A DNA stretch of 64,000 bases from an uncultured Candidatus Saccharibacteria bacterium (GTDB taxonomy: Bacteria > Patescibacteriota > Saccharimonadia > Saccharimonadales > Saccharimonadaceae): contig CAMZIL010000001.1 in the NCBI GenBank assembly GCA_947307225.1, forward strand, positions 220,120 to 284,119, read 5' to 3'. Positions 9,962 through 18,630 of this stretch are shown here, one piece after another. Below the pieces are notes generated by a model. That model worked only from the letters and a program-made list of their open reading frames with translations. It made no database searches and was not told the DNA's origin. A program made the position numbers and the translations under genes. Every line of letters begins with the position of its first letter. Positions within the stretch are counted from its first letter, which is position 1.

Positions 9962-10697
9962 ACAGATCATTTGGAGTGCTGACGTCGATTACGAACAGCT
10001 AAAGATGGTGGTTGATAGCAGAGCTTTACCAATAGGAACGGTTATAAAGCTTGATCGCCTCTTCTTTGAGCGTTTCGATAAGAACGCAATCGACTATTGT
10101 CAGAACAGAGATTACCCGGTGTTCGTCGACGCAAAGATTGTCGAAATACCGGATAAGACACTCGCCATTGCAGAAACATATCTGAAGCATAGCCCATGGA
10201 TGTTAAATGTTATGGCTGGTATTTGTAGCACAGGACTGCTGCACAGCGACAATCCGAAAAAGATTGATGCTTTGGTTCGCTTTGCGGAAGCTTGCAAGGA
10301 CGCTAAAGTAAAAAGTTGTGCGGTAACAGTACTTACTAGCAAGACTGAGGAGGTTTGTGCAGACGAATTTGGCAAGACCCCGATGGAGCAAGTACTGAAC
10401 TACGTAAAGATGCTGAAGCTGGCGAAGCTCACCGACATTGTTTGTTCGCCGCTTGAAGCAGCTGAGATCAGAAAGCACGAGATGTATAACTGCCTCAGCA
10501 TTAACACCCCGGGCGTTCGCCTGCCTGATAGCGACGCAAATGACCAGGCGCGTATCATGACACCGGCAAAGGCCCTTGCGAACGGAGCAAATCGTTTGGT
10601 CATCGGAAGAAATCTGACCGACGGTGAAGGCAAGATTACCGAACGTATAAGAAGAAATTATGCACGCATTCTCGAAAATCTTGAGACTGGAGCATAA
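9945..10697 (+). CDS. pyrF: Orotidine 5'-phosphate decarboxylase
   Basis: The track ORF starts at 9906. I prefer the ATG at 9945 (MKLKPEQIIWSADVD), which follows a ggagga SD and overlaps the pyrE stop. The motifs FVDAKIVEIP, VLTS and the C-terminal LVIGRNL fit the OMP decarboxylase fold. Confidence 0.8.
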   Translation: MKLKPEQIIWSADVDYEQLKMVVDSRALPIGTVIKLDRLFFERFDKNAIDYCQNRDYPVFVDAKIVEIPDKTLAIAETYLKHSPWMLNVMAGICSTGLLHSDNPKKIDALVRFAEACKDAKVKSCAVTVLTSKTEEVCADEFGKTPMEQVLNYVKMLKLAKLTDIVCSPLEAAEIRKHEMYNCLSINTPGVRLPDSDANDQARIMTPAKALANGANRLVIGRNLTDGEGKITERIRRNYARILENLETGA

Positions 10698-10728
10698 AAA
10701 CTAATTTAACACGTGTAGACGTTCATTC

Positions 10729-10763
10729 AAAAAACGGCCCTTGGCAACGAGGGTCGTTTTTTT
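10729..10763. terminator. Bidirectional terminator between pyrF and the convergent gene 10772..12718
   Basis: An A-run, then stem acggccc/gggtcgt with one G-U pair, then a T-run of 7. Confidence 0.7.
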
Positions 10764-10771
10764 ATTGCTTT

Positions 10772-12718
10772 TTACATACCTGGAATGTGGAATGCGCTTG
10801 GATCGGAGTATACCTGATCCTGCATGACTGGGTTTACGCCATTCATGCTAGGGCTGATTGCCGTAGCGGCGACGTTTTCGGATTCTTCTTCCCTTTGGAT
10901 TGCAGGCATAATTGGCTCAACTGCTGGCGCACTAGCTGCGGCAGCCTGAGCGTCGGCCTGAATTTCGCCTGCAAATGCCTGAGCACTAGTCTGTACTGGC
11001 GCTGGAGCCGGAGCTGGCGCCGGTTCAGGTGCTGGAGCTGGCTCGGCCATTGGCATTGGAGGCATTGGCGCACCATCTAAGTCAAACGGAATTGGCGGCG
11101 GAGGCAAGATTGCGTCATCGCTAGGCATCGGAAGTGGCGGAGCAACATATTCCCCATCTTCTGGACCACCCATTGGTGGTTGTGGCGGCATCGCTGGATC
11201 TACTGCAGCGGAAGGCTGGAAGTCTGCGGTTGGCGGAGTGACTGCCGAGGATTCAATTTCGGCATGCGCAATGGTGCGTGGAACAATCGGAACGGCATTA
11301 TGTGGAGCCTCGTCGCTGGATTCAGGCGCGATTGGAGCCTCAATTGGAGGCATTTCTGCGGTCGGCAAATCCGTTGGCACCATGGATGGCCGAGGTTCAG
11401 ACTCATTGAGCTCTTTTTCCATCTGTGCTGCATAATCTACTGGGCCGACTAGAGGCATCTCTTCCTCGGTAGGAGGAATGAGAGTCTTTTCGGTGCTAAC
11501 AGCGGCTGAATCTGGATGAGATTCTGGTTCAGAAATGTTTTCTGGGTGATCAATTTGAATATCGCTGTCTTCGCGCGGACCAGCAAGTGGTTCGAGCTCT
11601 GGCGTCGGCAAATCAACTGGGGCAGCTTCGGCTGGAGCTGGAACTGCAGTAGTTTCAATCTCCGGCGCATCTTCTGGAGCGGTTGGAGTTTCATCAGTAG
11701 GTTCAACTGGAGATGGCTCCGGAGCTGGCAAATCTGGCACGTTTTCTGGCTTTTCGGCAGAGAGCTCTTCTTCTGGAGCGTTGCGGTCAATTGAAAGCTC
11801 GGACGGATCTTGTTTTTGCTCCGGTTCTTCTGGAGCCGGCTGTTCGCCCGGCATAACTTCTTGTTCACCGCTGAGTTCTGCAACTTCTTCATTTACATCA
11901 ACGGTGTTGTTCGTGAGGATATCTACTGGAATACTCGAGGAAATAAGCTGCTGATCGGCGCCGCCAGTCATAAGTGCAGCAGCAATCGACATCGTGTCAG
12001 CAGAAGTGCGCTCATTAGAGAAGCGATTAGTAGAAGCCACGATACCGGCAAGAAGTGCAGTAGCGGTTGGCTTATCGAGTAGCTTGTCGCCATTGCCGTC
12101 GTCTAACAATTCAGCAAGGCTGGCAACCATTTCGGAAACGGAAGATGCAGCTGGATCGCCCCACTCGAGATCGCCAAACTTCCCTGGCGCTGCAGCGGAG
12201 ATATTGATTGAGCTTGCATCGTGCTTGATTCTACCGTATTCGCTAAGCGCGGAGTCGAGATCGGCCTCTGAAGCAACGTTCAAAGCAATAATAAGGTCAA
12301 CGTTATAGTCGCCATGACTGAACTCGAGGTCGCCCTCATCGAGAGTGGTCTTGTACGGCGTAATGAACACCTTAACATAGTCACCTTCAATCTTGTAGCG
12401 GAGGTGGTCAGCCTTCTCTTTATCGAGAGCAATGATAAAATCCTGCAAGCTGTTCGTGTTCGATTCGAAGGTCTTTTCTGGCTCGAGGAACTCGATGGCG
12501 TTTGGAACGGCACCAGAGAAAATTGCCGTTGCGTGTTTGCCGAGTTTGTCGAGAATGAAAGATAGACCAAGTGCAGCTGACAGATCATCAACACTTGGGT
12601 TTTTTGATAACGCAACTAAAACATTGTCGCTGTCCTTGATGCGTTCAGCGACCTGAGCCTCTATGCTTTGACTCGGCTTTCTATCAGTCGGCTTGGACTG
12701 AAAATTTTTCTCTGGCAT
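10772..12718 (-). CDS. DHH-like (apparently catalytically degenerate) domain protein with a roughly 400-aa Pro/Ala/Glu-rich disordered C-terminus
   Basis: 648 aa. The N-terminal roughly 250 aa follow the NrnA/DHH pattern (VLVALSKNPSVDDLSAALGLSFILDKLGKHATAIFSG ... DLIIALNV ... GIVASTNRF) but lack the His/Asp metal motifs. The rest is low-complexity PEPxPAP sequence. Confidence 0.5.
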   Translation of the reverse strand: MPEKNFQSKPTDRKPSQSIEAQVAERIKDSDNVLVALSKNPSVDDLSAALGLSFILDKLGKHATAIFSGAVPNAIEFLEPEKTFESNTNSLQDFIIALDKEKADHLRYKIEGDYVKVFITPYKTTLDEGDLEFSHGDYNVDLIIALNVASEADLDSALSEYGRIKHDASSINISAAAPGKFGDLEWGDPAASSVSEMVASLAELLDDGNGDKLLDKPTATALLAGIVASTNRFSNERTSADTMSIAAALMTGGADQQLISSSIPVDILTNNTVDVNEEVAELSGEQEVMPGEQPAPEEPEQKQDPSELSIDRNAPEEELSAEKPENVPDLPAPEPSPVEPTDETPTAPEDAPEIETTAVPAPAEAAPVDLPTPELEPLAGPREDSDIQIDHPENISEPESHPDSAAVSTEKTLIPPTEEEMPLVGPVDYAAQMEKELNESEPRPSMVPTDLPTAEMPPIEAPIAPESSDEAPHNAVPIVPRTIAHAEIESSAVTPPTADFQPSAAVDPAMPPQPPMGGPEDGEYVAPPLPMPSDDAILPPPPIPFDLDGAPMPPMPMAEPAPAPEPAPAPAPAPVQTSAQAFAGEIQADAQAAAASAPAVEPIMPAIQREEESENVAATAISPSMNGVNPVMQDQVYSDPSAFHIPGM

Positions 12719-12804
12719 TTTTAATTTTCTTTGTTTATTTTTGACCTAATTTGAACATAGTTTAGCATAAGCTGGTTCAAATTGCAAGCCTTTATCTGTA
12801 ACTC

Positions 12805-12833
12805 TTTACATTTTTGCAAAAATAGAATATAAT
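12805..12833 (+). promoter_or_regulatory. Sigma-70-type promoter for rpsT
   Basis: TTTACA (12805-12810), a 17-nt spacer, then TATAAT (12828-12833), about 38 nt upstream of the rpsT ATG. Confidence 0.6.
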
Positions 12834-12871
12834 AATGGGAATTGTAATAATAAGTTTAAGGAAAAGTATAA

Positions 12872-13294
12872 ATGCCGATTATTAAATCCGCAAAAAAGGC
12901 GGCTCGCCAATCTATTAAGCGCCGCGATAACAACCAGCAGATCAAGAAGACTATCCGCGCTGCCCTCAAAGAGTTCCGCGCAAAGCCTACTGCAGATAAC
13001 ATGAAGAAGGTTCAGTCCGAGTATGACAAGGCCGTCAAAAAAGGTCTTATCAAGAAGAACACTGCAAGCCGCCGCAAAGCTAAGCTTGCTATCTTCGCTA
13101 AAGCTGCAGGCGTAAAGAACACTGCTAGCGCAAAGAAGACCGCAGCTCCAAAGGCCGCTGCAAAAGCTGCTCCAGCAAAGAAAGCTGCAGCTCCAAAGGC
13201 TACCGCAGAAAAGAAACCAGCTGCAAAGAAGACTACCACCGCAGCTAAAAAGCCAGCCGCAAAGAAAACTACTGCAAAAAAGGCTGAAAAATAA
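12872..13294 (+). CDS. rpsT: 30S ribosomal protein S20 with a Lys/Ala-rich C-terminal extension
   Basis: The N-terminus MPIIKSAKKAARQSIKRRDNN... is the S20 signature. At 140 aa it exceeds the usual roughly 85-90 aa, the excess being AKKTAAPKAAAKAAPAKKAAAPK-type repeats. Confidence 0.85.
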   Translation: MPIIKSAKKAARQSIKRRDNNQQIKKTIRAALKEFRAKPTADNMKKVQSEYDKAVKKGLIKKNTASRRKAKLAIFAKAAGVKNTASAKKTAAPKAAAKAAPAKKAAAPKATAEKKPAAKKTTTAAKKPAAKKTTAKKAEK

Positions 13295-13304
13295 ACAGTT
13301 ATTC

Positions 13305-13333
13305 AAAAATCCGCCCCTAGAGGCGGATTTTTT
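13305..13333. terminator. Bidirectional terminator between rpsT and 13335..13907
   Basis: aaaaatccgcc-cctaga-ggcggattttt hairpin flanked by A and T runs. Confidence 0.75.
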
Positions 13334-13334
13334 G

Positions 13335-13907
13335 TTAGCTTATCTTATCCATTGGGTCATTTTTGGATGACTCGAGAATCTCGCCATAAGTCTCGTTTAC
13401 CGGCTTGCCAGTAACACGAAGCACTTTGAAGGTTTCCATGATATCGTTGTAGGCCTCGCGAGGATCGTCTCCATCGGCCAAATCAGACTCGATACGAGCA
13501 TAATAGCCAGGAAGGCCATCAATCTTATCAATGTAGACATTCACTGATTCGCCCATGCGTAGTTCTTCGCGGCGACGGCTAACTTCGTAGCGCAGTTCAT
13601 AACCAAGCTGATATAAGATATGCGCCATCTCGGAGTAATCTTTAACGACCGTTGCGTTCACGAGATCAAATTTTTCATCTTCAAAGTGGCGGCGCATAAC
13701 GAGTGCGTAGGTAGCCTTTTTCTCTGGGTCTTTTACAATAGTGCGAAGGCTAAGGCGAGGCATCGCTTTATCACGCGCAAAGCGCTTCGGGACAAAGACG
13801 CGATCATGCTGCCAGTATGGTGCTGAGAAGGAAAAATCAATCTCATTTAGGGTTTCAGTGAAATCCGCTCTGGAGTTGAGCTTCATTTTGATGATTGTCT
13901 TTTTCAT
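13335..13907 (-). CDS. CYTH-like domain protein (CyaB/thiamine triphosphatase fold, divergent N-terminal motif)
   Basis: 190 aa. The core ...VVKDYSEMAHILYQLGYELRYEVSRRREELRMGESVNVYIDKIDGLPGYYARIES follows the CYTH pattern. The N-terminal ExExK motif is replaced by IKMK. Confidence 0.45.
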   Translation of the reverse strand: MKKTIIKMKLNSRADFTETLNEIDFSFSAPYWQHDRVFVPKRFARDKAMPRLSLRTIVKDPEKKATYALVMRRHFEDEKFDLVNATVVKDYSEMAHILYQLGYELRYEVSRRREELRMGESVNVYIDKIDGLPGYYARIESDLADGDDPREAYNDIMETFKVLRVTGKPVNETYGEILESSKNDPMDKIS

Positions 13908-13918
13908 TCAGCTCCTTT

Positions 13919-14341
13919 CTATAGCTCCGCGCCCTGTCGCGCTTTATTTGCCCATTCGTCGGCGAGCTCGTTGCCCTCTGTGCCAACATGCCCGCGAGTC
14001 CAAACCAAATTCACTTTCGGTTTGCTTTCATACAAATCAAATAACTCTTTGACTAGCTCTAGGTTTTTGATTGGGCCAGACTTCTTGGTCCAGCCATTCG
14101 CCTTCCAGCCAGCAGCCCATTTCGTGACTACATTTACCCAGAATTCAGAATCAGTCGAAATCTGATCACCATCAGCGGCAATCTTGTAGGCGGCAATTAA
14201 CGCCATTGCTTCCATACGGATATTAGTAGAGTTGGCCTCTTTACCGAGAGCGACCGGACATTTTTCGTCCAAATCAATCACTGCAAAACCGCCTGGACCC
14301 GGATTTGGAGAGGCAGAGCCGTCGGTAAAGTAGTGTTTCAT
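13919..14341 (-). CDS. rnhA: Ribonuclease HI
   Basis: 140 aa with YFTDGSASPNPGPGG (catalytic Asp), MEAMA (Glu) and WTRGHVGTEGNELADEWA (Asp). Confidence 0.9.
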   Translation of the reverse strand: MKHYFTDGSASPNPGPGGFAVIDLDEKCPVALGKEANSTNIRMEAMALIAAYKIAADGDQISTDSEFWVNVVTKWAAGWKANGWTKKSGPIKNLELVKELFDLYESKPKVNLVWTRGHVGTEGNELADEWANKARQGAEL

Positions 14342-14369
14342 ACTTCTATTATACCCTATCTGTTGGTAT

Positions 14370-16145
14370 CTATTTAGAGAAACCGTTGCCGATAATAACG
14401 ATGAAGTCTGCTTCGGTCGATTTTAGACTCTCTGGAATGGTCGTCGACAAGATGCGCTCTTTGCCGTCGATCTTGTAGTACTTCTTGAGCGCTTCAGCGG
14501 TCTGCGTCATCTTTGAATTCTTCTGATAGATGCGAACGCCATCAAAGCCACTCTGGTCGCTTGGTGCATTACCGGTAGACTTTACGATGTAGCCCTTATC
14601 TTCGAGCTTGGTCTTCTCTTTACTGGCAATGCCGTAGGCGGAAGTACCGTTAAGGACCGTCACCTGCGCATTTTCGGACGTGAAGGCCTCGGCGCTAAAT
14701 TTGCGCTTAATGTAAGTCTTGATAGCCGAATAGTTGCCAACGCCTGCTCTTGGGAGAACATAGGAGATACCATTAACCGTACCCGTAGTCATCAAAGCGG
14801 CAGGCTTGTCGTCGGTTGAATAAAGTGAGATAGACTCAAGGTTCTTCATATCGACGTTGCTGGCTACCTTGAGAGCAGTCTTAATCTCTGTATCCTTGAA
14901 GTCTGTACGGAGGTTGTCGCCGACAGCATCTTTAATCTTCATTACAGCGATAAGATCAGAGGTAATGTTCTTCGCCCTAGCCTTTTTAATAATCGCCTCG
15001 AGAATGCGCTGCTGGAAGACCTCACGGTTGAAGTTGCCGCTAGCTGCACCATAACCACCAAATGCGTTGCGGACGCGAGCCACGCCAAGCGCTTTTGCGC
15101 CATCAAGGTGGATAACCTGGCCATTTGGATAATCGATGTACACCTTGTGTTTGCTGTTCAAGTCACGGAGGCCCTTCTTACTGGTCGTTTCAATGGTAAC
15201 TTCATCACCTTCCCAGACTTGGCCCTTATAGGTAAATACAACATCAATACCGCCAATTGCATCGACAATCTTAGTGACGGCATCCCAGTTGGCGTGAATC
15301 TTGTAATGAACCTCTACGCCGAGAACCTCAGTAAAGGCATCTGCGAGCTTTTGCGAAGCGCGCTGCTCATATTCCTTGCGGCTTTCTGCGGTCTTTTTGT
15401 TCTTTGAGTATTCGCAATAATAAACCTCGTTTAACTTACCGGTGCCGGTGCAGGTATAAGAGGCCTTAAGATCGCGCGGAAGGCTAACAGCCTTTGCGTT
15501 GCCGGTTTCCTGATTAATACTAAGAAGCATCATTGAGTCGGTCAGGAAGCCACCCGCATAGTTTGGATCGTCCATGTTGTAGCCCTCAGTACCGAAGATG
15601 AGGATGTTCGTACGACCGTTACTATCTTTTTTGAGCGGAGTATCTGGATCGGAGAAGATAAGGCCGAGAAGGCTACCATTATCCGTAACCTTAGCGACAA
15701 AATCGTTTGCGTAGAAATAGAGGCCTACGCCAGCGGCAATAATCAATAGGAAGAGAATCAAAAGAATTCTGCGGATAATTTTACCCTTTTTCTTTTTGGT
15801 TTTGTGTTTCTTCGCCTTCTTTTGCTCTTTCTTTGGCACTTCGGCGAGATCAGTTGGATCAACGTCTTTCACTTCTTCTAAAAATTCCTTTACGGCGTTA
15901 TCGTGGCGCTGATCTTTTTCAGACTCAGCCTGCTCTACTTCTAAAGCTTCGTTTTCAGCAATAAGCGCCTTGAGATCCTTTTTCTTTTTTGGCAGCTCAA
16001 GGTTACGCGCCGGTTTTACAATTACCTTTTTTGGGATATTACTTTTGGCGACAGCCCTTTTAGCAGTAGTCCTACTCGCAGTTTTTGCTACTGGTTTTTT
16101 ACTTCCACTTCTCCGCTGTAGCCCGTCAATTGACTTGCCATTCAT
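14370..16145 (-). CDS. LytR-CpsA-Psr (LCP) family cell-wall glycopolymer ligase with a C-terminal LytR_C-like domain
   Basis: 591 aa. Basic cytoplasmic N-terminus, one TM helix, the LCP core (NILIFGTEG...DSMMLLSINQETGNAKAVSLPRDL) and a C-terminal domain ending VLNGT...IVIIGNGF. Confidence 0.8.
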   Translation of the reverse strand: MNGKSIDGLQRRSGSKKPVAKTASRTTAKRAVAKSNIPKKVIVKPARNLELPKKKKDLKALIAENEALEVEQAESEKDQRHDNAVKEFLEEVKDVDPTDLAEVPKKEQKKAKKHKTKKKKGKIIRRILLILFLLIIAAGVGLYFYANDFVAKVTDNGSLLGLIFSDPDTPLKKDSNGRTNILIFGTEGYNMDDPNYAGGFLTDSMMLLSINQETGNAKAVSLPRDLKASYTCTGTGKLNEVYYCEYSKNKKTAESRKEYEQRASQKLADAFTEVLGVEVHYKIHANWDAVTKIVDAIGGIDVVFTYKGQVWEGDEVTIETTSKKGLRDLNSKHKVYIDYPNGQVIHLDGAKALGVARVRNAFGGYGAASGNFNREVFQQRILEAIIKKARAKNITSDLIAVMKIKDAVGDNLRTDFKDTEIKTALKVASNVDMKNLESISLYSTDDKPAALMTTGTVNGISYVLPRAGVGNYSAIKTYIKRKFSAEAFTSENAQVTVLNGTSAYGIASKEKTKLEDKGYIVKSTGNAPSDQSGFDGVRIYQKNSKMTQTAEALKKYYKIDGKERILSTTIPESLKSTEADFIVIIGNGFSK

Positions 16146-16293
16146 TCCTCTATTTTATCATTTTTAAGCTTAACTAGCATCTTGTGGGGCGTAGAAAAAT
16201 GCAGTTTTGCACAATGTGTTAAAAAGTTTCGTAATAATTTGCCATTCCCGCAACCGAACATGTTCGGTTTTACAGGGGTAATGTGGTGTTCGG

Positions 16294-16326
16294 GAACAAA
16301 AAACCGGCCCTTAATAGCCGGTTTTA
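16294..16326 (-). terminator. Terminator downstream of jag
   Basis: Stem aaccggc/gccggtt. On the minus-strand RNA it is followed by tttttt. Confidence 0.6.
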
Positions 16327-16337
16327 TATATGTAAAA

Positions 16338-16811
16338 CTAGTCTTCGTCAACGACGTCTTTGCGCACAATGTGTAGGCGGCGTTCGCGGCCTTCGCCCTG
16401 GCTAAAGGTCTCAATGTCGGAATAGTCCTGAGCAAAGCGGTGGACGACACGGCGATCGGCGGCGTTGAGGTCGAGAATCTTTTCTCTACCAGTCTTGCGG
16501 ACGTCCTGAATCCACTGTTCTGCCTGGCGCTCAATCTTGTCTGCGCGCTGGCGCTTGTAATCTGCGACATCGATGTTAACGCGGGTAACTTCTGCGTTGC
16601 GAGCGACGAGCGTCATCATGACGATGTGCTGAAGGGCGCGGAGGTTGTTTGCGTTCTTGCCGATTAGGAGCGAATTCATGCTGGTCGATGGGATCGAAAG
16701 CTGAATTACGTCATCCTCAATGGTCGAGTAGACCGCTACGTTAATACCGAAGAATGACAGTAAATCCTCGAGATACTTCGTCGCGAAGCGGATTGATTCG
16801 TCTGTATTCAT
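16338..16811 (-). CDS. jag: Jag/KhpB-type RNA-binding protein (KH + R3H domains)
   Basis: 157 aa in the conserved position downstream of yidC. Has a KH-like segment LLIGKNANNLRALQHIV and an R3H-like C-terminus (NAADRRVVHRF). Confidence 0.8.
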   Translation of the reverse strand: MNTDESIRFATKYLEDLLSFFGINVAVYSTIEDDVIQLSIPSTSMNSLLIGKNANNLRALQHIVMMTLVARNAEVTRVNIDVADYKRQRADKIERQAEQWIQDVRKTGREKILDLNAADRRVVHRFAQDYSDIETFSQGEGRERRLHIVRKDVVDED

Positions 16812-16814
16812 ATA

Positions 16815-17879
16815 TTATCTCCTTTTCTTTTTATTAGAAGCGGAGATGCGTGTAATATGTACTTTGTCTTCTTTTTTATTTTTATTAGACGCGTAGTGCG
16901 TAGTTTTCTTTTCCACGGTGTTGTCTTCGACGATGACAGCCTCTTTTGCTTCCTTGAGCTCCTTCAAGATGCGCTTGTCAGCAGCGGCTTCCATCTCGGT
17001 ATAATCACGACTAAGAATAAATTTCTGGATACCGACAGTAAGAATATTGTTTAGAAGGTAGTAGAAGACGAGTGCGCCCGGAAGGCTGATCATGATCATA
17101 AGCATCATGAGTGGCATCATCCAGGACATCTGCCCCTGTGCTACGGCGTTGATTTCGCTCTGATCTGCTTCTTTGCCTGAAGCAGCATCCTTCATGATAT
17201 CGCGCATCGTGCGGCGCTTTTTGCCCTTTTGGCGAGAAGGATCCATCTGCTTGGACATAATATATTGAGTAGCGGCAGATAGCAATGCAAAGATAAGGAT
17301 AACTACTGAGCTCTTTGAAGCGAAGCCAGCAGTAACGGAAAGGTTAACAATACCGAAGAGTTTTGGTTCAAACTCATACTTTGGCTCATCGCCCTTTTTG
17401 CCACCCTCGGTCCACTTCTTGTGCTCTTCGAGGTATTTAGTCTGTTTTGGAATAATATCATCAATGTTGCGAAGTGGTTTTACGAAAGAATATGCCGAAT
17501 GATCAACATTGTAGTTTTCGCGTGGGCGAGCTGCAACGTTAATCGCGGTAAAGAGGCTAATGAAGAGTGGAAGCTGAATCAAGATAGTAAGCATGGAGCG
17601 GAATGGCTTTACATTCTTGCGTTTATATAGGTCCATCATCTGGAGAGATTCCATCTGGCGGTTGCCCTTGCAGCGCTTCTTGATCTCTGCGAGCTCCGGC
17701 TGGATCTCTTTCATGATGCGAGTCTGGTGAAGCTGACGCTTCATCAATGGCCACATGAAGATCTTAACAAGAATAACAAAGATAATAATTGCAACGCCAA
17801 AGTCGCCAACTAGAGAATAAATCGCAAAAAAGATATTTACGATCGGGCGCACAATAAGCATATCAATTAAATCAAACAT
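16815..17879 (-). CDS. yidC: Membrane protein insertase YidC
   Basis: 354 aa. Motifs WPLMKRQ...Q..M..IQPE..EI and MMDLYKRKNVKPF, multiple TM helices, a basic C-terminal tail, and rnpA-yidC-jag synteny. Confidence 0.9.
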   Translation of the reverse strand: MFDLIDMLIVRPIVNIFFAIYSLVGDFGVAIIIFVILVKIFMWPLMKRQLHQTRIMKEIQPELAEIKKRCKGNRQMESLQMMDLYKRKNVKPFRSMLTILIQLPLFISLFTAINVAARPRENYNVDHSAYSFVKPLRNIDDIIPKQTKYLEEHKKWTEGGKKGDEPKYEFEPKLFGIVNLSVTAGFASKSSVVILIFALLSAATQYIMSKQMDPSRQKGKKRRTMRDIMKDAASGKEADQSEINAVAQGQMSWMMPLMMLMIMISLPGALVFYYLLNNILTVGIQKFILSRDYTEMEAAADKRILKELKEAKEAVIVEDNTVEKKTTHYASNKNKKEDKVHITRISASNKKKRR

Positions 17880-17906
17880 ATATTACACACTCCCTAATGA
17901 GCTCTA

Positions 17907-18248
17907 TTATATTATTTTTGCCTCAATAAGTAAATTGTGAATAAGGGAACGGAGCTCTTTAAAATCGATAAAAGCGATTTCTTTTGTATAAACAATAAAG
18001 ATACAGTCAACTGGCTGCTGAATATTCTGACGCTCAAGGCGGATTGCTTCATAGACGCGGCGGCGAATACGGTTGCGGCCAATAGCAGATTTTAGAACTT
18101 TCTTGCTGACTACTACTGCGTAGCGCTGTTTATTTCTAGCATTAGATGCAAAAACCAGGGATATTTTAGAATCCCTGATTGTTTTGCCGTGTTGATAGGT
18201 AAATCTTACCCCTCCACGTGAATGAAACCGATATTGTTTAGATAACAT
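17907..18248 (-). CDS. rnpA: Ribonuclease P protein component
   Basis: 113 aa, basic, contains AIGRNRIRRRVYEA, and lies directly downstream of rpmH. Confidence 0.85.
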   Translation of the reverse strand: MLSKQYRFHSRGGVRFTYQHGKTIRDSKISLVFASNARNKQRYAVVVSKKVLKSAIGRNRIRRRVYEAIRLERQNIQQPVDCIFIVYTKEIAFIDFKELRSLIHNLLIEAKII

Positions 18249-18252
18249 CCGC

Positions 18253-18390
18253 TTAGGCGCTAAGGCGTGCGCGACCCTTAATGCGACGGCGAGCGAGGAC
18301 CTTGCGGCCGCTTACCGTAGCGTTGCGTTTGCGGAAACCGTGCTCAACTTTGCGTTGGCGCTTGTGCGGTTGATAAGTGCGCTTTGGCAT
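18253..18390 (-). CDS. rpmH: 50S ribosomal protein L34
   Basis: Too short for the ORF track. Hand translation gives [45 protein letters not shown] (45 aa), the canonical L34 sequence, in the conserved position next to rnpA and facing dnaA. Confidence 0.95.
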   Translation of the reverse strand: MPKRTYQPHKRQRKVEHGFRKRNATVSGRKVLARRRIKGRARLSA

Positions 18391-18630
18391 AATTACTTTC
18401 CTGACTTTCTGATTATTGTTTTATATAAAGAATTATGTCTATTTTACTATTTTTCGTCTGGTTTTTCAACTATTTTTCCACAGTGCGCTCCCCTATTCAT
18501 TTTTCACCTGTGGAAAATTCTAATCTGTTATTTTGTTTCAAGTATTAGAAAATATTTCTGATTTTTATTTTCTGATATTAAAACTGTGGAAAACTTTGTA
18601 TAATATGTAGCAGAAAAGGAGGTCAAAGAG
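18391..18630. promoter_or_regulatory. oriC part 1 / dnaA promoter region with DnaA boxes
   Basis: AT-rich rpmH-dnaA spacer with three 9-mers one mismatch from TTATCCACA: TTTTCCACA (18474-18482), TGTGGAAAA (18509-18517) and TGTGGAAAA (18585-18593). The last abuts a TGTATAAT -10 element (TATAAT at 18599-18604) upstream of dnaA. Confidence 0.7.

Noticed and set aside
12806-13306. 166-aa minus-strand ORF antisense to rpsT
   Set aside because: The Cys/Leu/Ser/Phe-rich product is the complement of the Lys/Ala repeat. rpsT is strongly supported by its conserved N-terminus and promoter.
16142-16570. 142-aa minus-strand ORF overlapping jag and the jag-LCP spacer
   Set aside because: It overlaps the well-supported jag frame and a terminator hairpin, and no family resemblance was seen.
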